This document shows positions 36,190-44,871 of a DNA stretch of 44,871 nt, one piece after another. The notes beneath the pieces are model-generated. The model was not told the origin of the DNA. It saw only the letters and a list, made by a program, of their open reading frames with translations, and did no database searches. The translations under genes and the position numbers were made by a program. The first letter of the stretch is position 1. Every line of letters begins with the position of its first letter. Origin of the DNA: Octopus bimaculoides (Eukaryota); the NCBI RefSeq assembly GCF_001194135.2, contig NC_068993.1, forward strand, positions 20,504,845 to 20,549,715, written 5' to 3'.

Positions 36190-36330
36190 GACACACGACG
36201 GGCTTCCTCACACTTTCCTCTCCTAATTGGTCGACCCAGTGCTGTAGTAGAAGAAAATTGTCCAAGGGGCCTCGCAGTGGGACTGAACCAAAAACCACGT
36301 GGTTGTGAAGCAAGCTTCTTAACCGCAGTC
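35975..36330 (-). mobile_element. SINE family B copy, degenerate
   Basis: GCAGTGGGACTGAACC..GTGGTTGTGAAGCAAGCTTCTTAACC. Confidence 0.7.
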
Positions 36331-36348
36331 AAGCATTTTTTGAATAAC

Positions 36349-36376
36349 ATGGTGATGGTGATGGTGATGGTGATGG

Positions 36377-36464
<88 letters not shown>
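36349..36464. repeat. (ATG/GTG)n microsatellite
   Basis: Read directly. Confidence 0.95.
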
Positions 36465-36509
36465 AGTAAAATCTCCACGATAGGATACGATAGAGTAGGA
36501 TAGTATTTC

Positions 36510-36930
36510 GGCACTCCAGCTTATTGGCATGAACATCATCCTGAGCCAGCCATTGAAGGCAAAAATGTTACTATCCTCTGAGATTTTCCAGTCAGCAACT
36601 ACAGAACAATCCAAGCTTATTGTCCAGACATAATTATTAAAGACATGGAAGAAAATACTTGTAGACTAATAAATATAAAGGTTCCCACTGATAAAAAATA
36701 CATCTGTAAAGGAATTTCACAATTTAAGTAAATATAAGGACCTGGAAATTGAAATACAAAAGTTGTGGCATCTTAAAGCAAGAACTGTTCCTGTTATTGT
36801 AGGTGACCTAGGCATGATAAAAAAAAAAAAATGTCAGAAACATGTAGATAACATCCCAGGAGAACCATGTCTCAGAGAAATCCAAAAGATTGTACTGACA
36901 AGTACCTCCCACATCCTTAGAAAAACTCAA
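36510..36930 (+). mobile_element. Dong/R4-clade LINE 3' fragment (restriction-like endonuclease domain)
   Basis: Translates WHEHHPEPAIEGKNVTIL*DF..CPDIIIKD..VPTDKN..SKYKDLEIEIQKLW..VPVIVGDLGMIKK, matching the R4/Dong REL pattern. Confidence 0.85.
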
Positions 36931-37159
36931 TCAGTTTAAATGTCTGTATTGTATTACATGAAGATATTTCGCTACTGCCCCTGCCACTTCCCCTCCCCAA
37001 GCTTTCAGTCATACTGTAACATCTCTTAACCTTCACTTGCCCTAGTATGCTGGATGTGTCTCGGAAAGTGTTTGTAACAAACATGCAGATTAAAAGTAAA
37101 CAACAACATTTAATAATAACAATTAATCTACATTTTTTTACAATTACCAAATGTTGTAG

Positions 37160-37321
37160 ATATCGACTGTGGTTTGCCACGCCAAGAGAAATCAGCAGTG
37201 ATCAATTTTCAATCTAGGAACAGCGTGGAGTATAGCTGCTTGGTGAATCAGTCTGAACAAGTCAAACATTCGTCATATTGTAAGCCGACAGCAATTTGGT
37301 CAAAATCCCTAATAATTTGTG
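37160..37321 (+). CDS. Third coding exon: Sushi/CCP domain (DIDCGLPRQEKSAVINFQSRNSVEYSCLVNQSEQVKHSSYCKPTAIWSKSLIIC)
   Basis: Acceptor TGTTGTAG, donor G|GTAAGT; 162 nt, phase 1-1; C-G-x-P, Y-x-C, C-x5-W-x6-C pattern. Confidence 0.85.
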
Positions 37322-37704
37322 GTAAGTTTTAAGGAATTTTTTTTCTGCACTTTAAAATTAATCAGATTTAAGGCCGACCACTAGCTTGTAACACCACTTA
37401 CTGGCATTGCTGTTTAACACCAGGTCAGTCTTGATCAAGCAGGTCTATGATTAATGACATACCAGTTGTGCTCATTTCATATTTTCTTTCAGGCATAGTG
37501 TATCTAAGACTATATTTCTCAACATGTCCCACAAATCACGTCTAGCTCTCTTTAAAATAGAAAGACATGTGTGATTTGAGGGAGATTTTGTCGTTATTTT
37601 TGGCAGGTTGGATGAGTGAGTGTATATATATATATATATTGCTTTTTGGTTCCAATATTTTGGCTTTGTCATCTAAAATCTACAATCAGCGATTAACAAC
37701 CAAC

Positions 37705-38110
37705 TTTTACTTGTTTCAGTCATTTGACTGCGGCCATGCTGGGGTACAGCCCTGAAAGATTTTAGTCGAAGTAATGGACCCGAAGATTTATTTTTTAAAA
37801 GCCTAGTACTTATTTTGTCGTCTTTTTTTTTTTTTTACCAAACCAGCTATTTACAGGGACGTCAACGCACCAACACCAGTTATCATGCAGTGATGGTGGT
37901 GGGGAGAACAGACACGAAGACAAACACACACACACACACACATACACACAATGGGCTCCTTTCGGTTTCCGTCTTCCAAATCCACTCAGAAGGCTTTGGT
38001 CGGCCCGAGGCTATAGTAGAAGACACTTGCCTAAGCTGTCACGCAGTGAGACTGAACCCACAGCCATGTCATTGTGAAGCAAGCTTCTTACCACATAGCC
38101 ACGCCTGCGC
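37705..38110 (-). mobile_element. SINE family B copy
   Basis: TTACTTGTTTCAGTCATTTGACTGCGGCCATGCTGG..GAAGCAAGCTTCTTACCACATAGCCACGCCTGCGC. Confidence 0.85.
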
Positions 38111-38283
38111 ATTATCTGAATATTTTTCTGTTTTTTTTTTCGTCTTTTTGCAAAAGTCTAATTATTTTAGGCAAAATTTTCCTTTGTTTCTTGTTCCTTT
38201 GAATATAAAACGTGGAGGAAAAAGAATAATTATCTCCTAAAATTTTGTTTTGAAGTAAAAATACGCATTAATTGTAAAAACAG

Positions 38284-38313
38284 CTTTGGCTTCGACAGCG
38301 AACTCGACAAAAG
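38284..38313 (+). CDS. Possible 30-nt phase 1-1 linker exon (ALASTANSTK)
   Basis: CAG acceptor and AAG|GTAAGT donor, in frame with the Sushi exon; weak pyrimidine tract. Confidence 0.35.
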
Positions 38314-38462
38314 GTAAGTGGAATGTTAAATTTTTTATGCAGTTCTATGGATGAAGACTTCCCACCTCTAAGAATTCAAATTTCATAGAGTTACACTATC
38401 GCCAGGCCAACGGGACGAACTGAAGCAGTAACAGTTAACGAAAACGAAACAGCAAACGAAAT

Positions 38463-38586
38463 GACGACGATGATGATGATGATGATGATGATGAACAGCC
38501 ACAACAGCTACTGCAACTTGTCCAAAACCACCTCCACCATCGTTATAACAACAGATAGTGTCAAGAGCTGCTGCTGCTGCTACTAT

Positions 38587-38618
<32 letters not shown>

Positions 38619-38668
38619 GTGCTGCTGCTGCTACTGCTGCTGCTGCTGCTGATGGTGATGATGAGGAT
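38463..38668. repeat. Compound trinucleotide microsatellite (ATG/CTG/CTA)n
   Basis: Read directly. Confidence 0.9.
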
Positions 38669-38694
38669 GCTAGTGTTTTACGGCCGCTGCTGCT

Positions 38695-40235
38695 CCTATC
38701 TGCTTTGTGGTCAAAATAAATGGCCGTCTTTTGAAGCCCTTTCCGAACACGTGTTCGGTCCGGCAAGGATATTCTCTCGAGCCTTTTGCACTTTTGGGTA
38801 AGATAGTGGTGTTGAAGTGCATTACTTTCGAACTGGGACTTGGAAGACCTTCGTTGGCATATTCGGAGGATGTCCCTATAATTCCATGGTATTGGACACC
38901 ACGGAAATCTTGGTTATCTGCACCATTCAAAAAGAAGATAAGGCTTTGACAGGATCAAAGACGAATTCGGATAATTCGGAGGACTTGCACACTGGGACCT
39001 GCAGAGACAAATCGAGGATATTAGGGCGGATGGTCTAGTTAAAATACTCAGAGTCTGCTTCGGTTCAGAGCTTCAGAGGTCCAGATGGTTAGGAGCTGAG
39101 ATGGGGCAATGAACAATGTGGACAGCCTTACTCGGAAATGGACAAAGTGAAAGCTATCCTTGAAGGGTTGGGCAGAGGTGGTGAATGCGTACACCGTCTC
39201 TATCATATATTAGCGCTTGGTCGTCGTGGTTTGCCTCAGTTTTCAAAATATGTGGAAAAGATGAGTCCCACTACTCATGCCGTCTATTTGCTGCCAACAT
39301 CATCAGCCAGAGTAACCTTTGATATACCATGGCTGATGATGCGCAAATATACGTTGTGGCTGCAGCACCAACACATTTTCCTGGACGATTATCATGTGCA
39401 GTCACTCTTTGAAAGGTGGGTTTTCCTACATCTTGCTCTTTAAGCGAATTGCAGTACTAGGTCAAAGGAAGATAGAAACTCTGCGCATGGCATATAGTAT
39501 ATTGTCAAGCACTCACAGTCCTCTACTACATAGGCAATGCAATCGTTGTAATTTTCAATTTAAGGATCTAGAAAGAACTAATGGCGGGCAAGTGCAGCGA
39601 CCTACAGGAAGAAATTCTGAACATCGATAAGAATGAACTTGGTGTTCTGTACATGGACTACGGACAATTTCCAGAAATGTTTGGACTTGCAGTGCTGCCG
39701 AGATCATTGTTGGTTTGGAACAAACTCTACAAGTACGGTTGTGTCGTTAGCCGTGCCTGTCTGAGATGCATGCAGATCGACGAAACCATCTGCATGTACT
39801 GATTTAATGTCCAAGCTTTACTGACTTGTGGGGTTTTATCGAACAGCAGTTGTCACGTATAGAACGGATTTGCTACCTGTCAAGTCTATTGTGAAGGTCA
39901 CTCTCCATCGTCTTCCATGGGCCCCAAAAAGTTAAACAGTTTTCCCATTTCTGGGAGTCATGGTGAAAGACATTGTAAGGTGGACACGGATGAAATGACT
40001 GAAAACGGACACCTTTTCCTGCAGCTAAGCCCTCATCCTGCACTTCAAGTTTCCCGTGCAGAGAAAAATGGGGGAGGGGCAGACGAAGTGCTTTTCTCAG
40101 GAAATTTGCTGAAAGCGTCGGTAAGGGTAATAAGGCACAAAGAGTGGAGGCAGAGAAACTGGGCACTTGTCTTTGGTGATCAGAGTAAGACAGGATCTTT
40201 GGCTGCCAGATTTGATCATAGGTTGTTCCATTTTT
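38695..40235 (+). mobile_element. Older, more diverged L1/Tx1-clade LINE ORF2 remnant
   Basis: VKINGRLLKPF..SVRQG..AYSEDV; the downstream region parallels the C-terminal segments of 11895-13545 and 41396-44168. Confidence 0.75.
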
Positions 40236-40252
40236 GAGGGATGTCCGATGTT

Positions 40253-40759
40253 TTATTATTGAGTGAGAAAGCAGTGCATGCCAACAAAGTGACACTGGGG
40301 TAAAATACACGAAGCCCGTTATACCCATCATGACTACCCGTCTGAGGCACATGCATCACAACCATATGTTCGCGACATGTTGATCTCATATCAAGATAAA
40401 CAGCACATGACCTTGCAGGTGGAGCTCAGTTAGAATTTTTTTCAGGTCAAGTAGCCCATCCCGCTCAAAAGGTCCCTGAATAAGGTTTGTTTAAGGATGT
40501 TGAGCAAAACACCCATGTTTCCAAAGGTGAATTATTCAAGCCCAAAGAATTCCTCTCAATACATGGCTATGATGTTCCCCCACTGCTCATGATCAGAGAT
40601 ATACATATCGTCAGCCACTAAGGGACATACTGAACTGGTTAAGGTCAAGCAAATCTGTGGTATTGAGCAGAATATTTGCAGTAGCCCATCTTTTATACCA
40701 AGACAAAACAATGTACATGAAAACACTTCCACTCAGTTAAGAGCAGAAACCATGAGAGC

Positions 40760-40760
<1 letters not shown>
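40253..40760 (-). mobile_element. ~500-bp retroposon 3' segment with (AAT)n tail (family X), embedded in (TTA)n
   Basis: Highly similar to 44195-44702; the minus strand ends CTCACTCAATAATA; clade not determined. Confidence 0.7.

Positions 40761-40806
<46 letters not shown>
40761..40806. repeat. (TTA)n microsatellite
   Basis: Read directly. Confidence 0.95.
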
Positions 40807-41334
40807 GTATTGCCGCTATACTGTAAAGTCACGGAAATTTGGAACTTCGAAGTTGAAAAGTATTTTTAACCTTTTCGGCCTTCTAATGTCCCGTGTGTTC
40901 ATTTTAATGTTACCATTGCAATTTTGAGAGTGTCTGGACCGCGCAGATAGTATTTTTGTGTAGAAACATCCACTGTCTTGCAGCGGGTGGGCATTAATAA
41001 TTTTTGAATTTTAAAAACTTTCGGCAAAAGCAAATATTTTGCAATTTTCTTTAATTATTTAAAGGTGGTTGATAAAGAAGCCATCATAATGCTCGACAAT
41101 GAAATGCGCCGCTTCTCGAGAAAAATGGAGAATGAGGGAAAAAATGAGAACATAGATATCGAATGGCCTAAACTTAATGACATTACTTAAAGGCTTTCTG
41201 CTCTGAAATAAGGAAAAATAAAGTCCCATTGCTGCCAATATTACAAACACCACAAGTGCAAAATCATGAACAAGTGCTGAAGACTCCTACACGTCTCTAA
41301 GCAACGTCAAAATTTCGGTGTCGACAACGAGAAC

Positions 41335-41361
41335 AGCATCAGCAACAGCCGCAGCAGCAGT

Positions 41362-41395
<34 letters not shown>
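41335..41395. repeat. (CAG/CAA)n microsatellite
   Basis: Read directly. Confidence 0.95.
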
Positions 41396-44168
41396 GATCA
41401 TAAATTTGTGATATGCTCAGTCGATTTAGATAGGACCCATAGACAGGGACCCGGTTACTAGAAGCTGAATACGTCCTTTCGGGCTCACAAAGACTGCAGG
41501 GACTGGATTAGTGAATTAGTTGAACGGCAGTTGACGGGAGCCGTCGTCAACAGCCGGTGGGGGATCACTCTGAAGAGAGCGATTAGAGTAGAATCGATAG
41601 CGTTTAGCAAAGATTTATAAATAGAAAGAAACAGATTAGAAAGAGAACTAATTTGCAAGCTAGAAGAGGCTATTATTAAAGGCACCACGACCGACGTGTT
41701 AGCGGCGAGAATGGCCCTTGGCTATTTCTTTGAGGCGAAACACGAAAGGTGCATTGTCAGAGCTAAGGCCTGTGCGCTAAAACACGAAAGAACTAAAGAC
41801 GCCGAACGGTAGAGACGCGACATAGAAACAAAATCACGATCAAATCTTTGACGGATCTAGACGGACGCATACTACTCAGTTCAGAGCAGATGCGTGCGGC
41901 TTTCCAGCATCACTTTGCGCGATTGTTTGAGGAGGGTAATGGGTCGACGACGTTAGCGCACTTTATTTCGTACTTAGACGGCCTACTACGGCTCTCGGAG
42001 ACGGACGCGAAATTCTGCGAAAAGGCGATCACAGCCTCTGGAATACGGGAGGTGATGAACTATTACACAAGTCGCGAATCGCTCGGTTTGGATGGTCTGC
42101 CCTATGAATTCTGTTTTCATGTCAGATTTGTTTGGAAGCCTCTTGGCAGATGTTTACAGTAACTGGCAGTAGAACCGGAGAATTCCTAGTGCTTTTAGCC
42201 GGGATGTGATAACACTGCTGAGAAAGAACGCCGATAATGAGGACGTGCTAAGGAATTTTCGGCCCATAACTCTGCTAAACACAGAATTTAAGATTTTGGC
42301 CAAGGTGTTAGCGAAAACGTTGGCGCTTGCCGTTGGTAGTCTGGTCGGTGAGGCACAAACTTGTGCAATTCCGAGCAGGTCTATCCACGACAGCCTCGAC
42401 CTTATGTGATACATCGTAGAGAGGGCTGGTACTAAAGCTGGCTTCGATGGAAAGTGTTTGATAGGTTAATCCATCGCTACTTGGAAGCCGTCCTTAAAGC
42501 GGTTAGTTTTGAACCCGTTTTCAGAGGCTGGATTGCTGCAATGCACAGTGGCACCTGCTCGGTGGTCAAAGTAAATGGCCACCTATAGGAACCGTTTAGT
42601 ATCGCATTTCGGACTGTCAAGCCTGCCCGCTGTCACCAATTCCGTTTGTGCTGGCTCTCGATCCACTTTTGCGGAAGTTGGAACAGTTATGAGGCCTCCC
42701 TTTCGAAATTGGTCTCGAGAGGGCAGTGTCTACATACGCAAACGATGTCAACGTCATGGTCTCGGGGGCCTCGGGGGCCTCGGAAGTGGAGATGGTCGGC
42801 TCCGTCGTAAAGGAATATGAGTCGGTTGCAGGGACTAAAATCAATGCCGACAAATCGGTGGGATTGCGACTGGGTACCTGGAGAGGCAGATTGATGCCGT
42901 CAGACGGTGTCGTCCGACGCTGGACTGGCGGACCAGTGAAACTACTTGGGATCTGGTTTACTCCCGACCTCCAGGTGGATACGAATTGGGAAGAGGTGAA
43001 GAACAGGGTGCCAGTTACTGCTTGATTGGATCGGAGCGTATCCTGTTTATTTTCTTGTGGAAGGGATGCGTTCCAATGGTCAAGCAGTCGGTCTGTTGCC
43101 ACCTTCCTTTGTTTGGCGACTTAGGAATACCATGGCATTTAATGCGTAGATACGCACTCAGGTTGTGCCACCTGCAGCGATTTCTAGAAAGTGACTGTAT
43201 GTGGCTCCGTTTGTGAGACAGGCCTTTCCGAAGTTCGTCTCCTTGACGGTCAAAGTCAAGCATCTGGTACTTAGAATGTCATCAGGCGCTCACTGTCCTC
43301 TACAAGTCGAGCAACAGGATCGGTGGATGTTCTACTTTACAGAGGATTAGTAGCAGTAAGTGCGACGACGTCCTTCGTGAGACCCTAGGCGTCGACGAAG
43401 ACGAACTGGCAAGTTCCAGATGTATTTGGCTTGGCAGTGCTACCAAGGGGCGGTGGTGCTACCGGTTCGAGATAAACTTTACAGGCACAGATGTGCTGTC
43501 AGACGGGCTAGTTCGAGGTGCTCGCAAAGAGGCGAAACCGTTCTGCTTGCACTCGTTCAGTGTACGAGTATTGCTGACCTGTGGAGTTATGTCGCACAAC
43601 TTTTGTCGCGTGGAGGACAGATCCGTCTGTCAGCCGAGTCCATAATGATGATTGCCTCACCACCCTCCTTTGATAGGGCTAGCAAGTAGTTTTCCTTCGT
43701 CTGGTGGCTGTGCCGAAAGAGGTTATCTGGTGGACGAGGCTGAAAAGAATGAGGATAGAAACATTCCTCTTTGGTAAAGCCCTCATCAAATTTTTCAAGT
43801 TTCACTTGAAAAGGAAAGCGAAGGTGGAGAGGGAGGTACTGTCTTCGAATGAATTTATGAAAAGATGGGTGAAAGTTGCGAAAATGGTAAGAGTAGATGG
43901 TACACTCTCACCCTTGGTATTCAGGGTGATCTTGAATGGTGATGGTGGGGTGTCTTGATTATCCCTAGGGGTCCTCCTGTATTAGAGGGCCCATCACTAT
44001 CACGTTTCCCCCTCTTTTTGTAGTGTCGTATACTATGTATACTTCCCTTCTTCTAATGTATACCGTGTATACTTTTTATTTTATCATTCCATTATATGTA
44101 AACCCCACACTTTATGTCTGTCTTTGTATTTCCCCCCTCATCATTTGACCTGGTAGCAAATAAAAGAA
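41396..44168 (+). mobile_element. L1/Tx1-clade LINE, 5'-truncated, from the end of the APE endonuclease through RT and the C-terminal Zn region to the 3' UTR
   Basis: DHKFV..GPGY*KLN, GLDGLPYEF, NFRPITLLNTEFKILAK, YANDV, LAWQCY..C..C..ETVL; AATAAA at 44159-44164, then (ATC)n. Multiple stops and frameshifts. Confidence 0.92.
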
Positions 44169-44194
44169 ATCATCATCATCATCATCATTACTAT

Positions 44195-44702
44195 TAATAT
44201 TATCATTATTATTATTACTATTATTATTGAGTGAGAAAGCAGCACATGCTATCAAAGTGACACTGGGGTTAAATATACGAAGCCCAATATACCCGTCATG
44301 ACTATCCGTCTGATAAGGGTACACCAGGCACATGCATCACAACCATGATGATCTCATATCACGATAAACAGTGCATGACCTTGCAGGTAAGGCCTTGTTA
44401 GAATTTTCTTCAGGTCGAGTAGCCCATCCCACTCAAAATGTCCCTGAATAAAGGTTGTTTAAAGATGTTGAACGAAACACCCATGTTTCCAAAGCTGTAT
44501 TGTTCAAACCCCAAAGAATTTCTCTCGATACATAGCTATGATGCTCCCCGACTAATTCTGCTCGGGATCAGAGATGCACATATCGTCAGCCACTAAGGGA
44601 CATGCTCAACTGGTTAAGGTCAAGCAAATCTGTGGTATTGAGCGGTATATTTTCTGTAGCCCATCTTTCATACCAAGAAAAAACATGTACATGATAACAC
44701 TC
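44195..44702 (-). mobile_element. Second copy of the family X retroposon segment with (AAT)n tail
   Basis: Aligns with 40253-40740. Confidence 0.7.
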
Positions 44703-44871
44703 GTTTGTTTGTTTGTTTGTTTGCCTGTGTATGTGTTTGTCTGTATGTGTGTGTGCGTGCCTGCGAGTACACGTGAACATATATGCGTATTTGAATACAT
44801 ACATATATGCATGTATAGGTGCGTACATATATGTATGTATATATGCATATATATATATATATATATATATA
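44703..44871. repeat. (GTTT)n/(TG)n/(TA)n low-complexity tract
   Basis: Read directly. Confidence 0.9.

Noticed and set aside
37493-37545. Acceptor plus in-frame GIVYLRLYFSTCPTNHV-stop after the Sushi exon
   Set aside because: It appears to lie in interspersed-repeat sequence (a related segment occurs inverted near 15390-15460) and has no domain features.
41064-41190. Possible exon VVDKEAIIMLDNEMRRFSRK..stop
   Set aside because: A phase 0 acceptor does not fit the phase 1 upstream exons, and there is no recognisable domain.

Overview
This is AT-rich, microsatellite-laden eukaryotic DNA with assembly gaps. The SINE/LINE content resembles octopus (coleoid cephalopod) repeats; that taxon call is an inference from repeat sequence only. 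Most of the window is transposon-derived: tRNA-headed SINEs, three L1/Tx1-type LINE remnants, Dong/R4, CR1-like and RNase H-type LINE scraps, a solo LTR with a 4-bp TSD, hAT and mariner MITEs, and an internally deleted Helitron with both ends. Nearly all ORF-track entries are artefacts. One host gene can be assembled on the + strand from frame-compatible exons: signal peptide + PAN/apple (27031-27342), 4-Cys EGF-like (28485-28572) and Sushi/CCP (37160-37321). Its 3' end was not found. The most unusual element is a repeat joining a tRNA-like Pol III head, an (AAT)n tract and a minimal type I hammerhead ribozyme motif. It has three arms here, two of which form a ~500-bp head-to-head palindrome in intron 2 of that gene. 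No rRNA, authentic tRNA gene or CRISPR array was seen. All analysis is by eye, and repeat boundaries are approximate unless a TSD or TIR is quoted.
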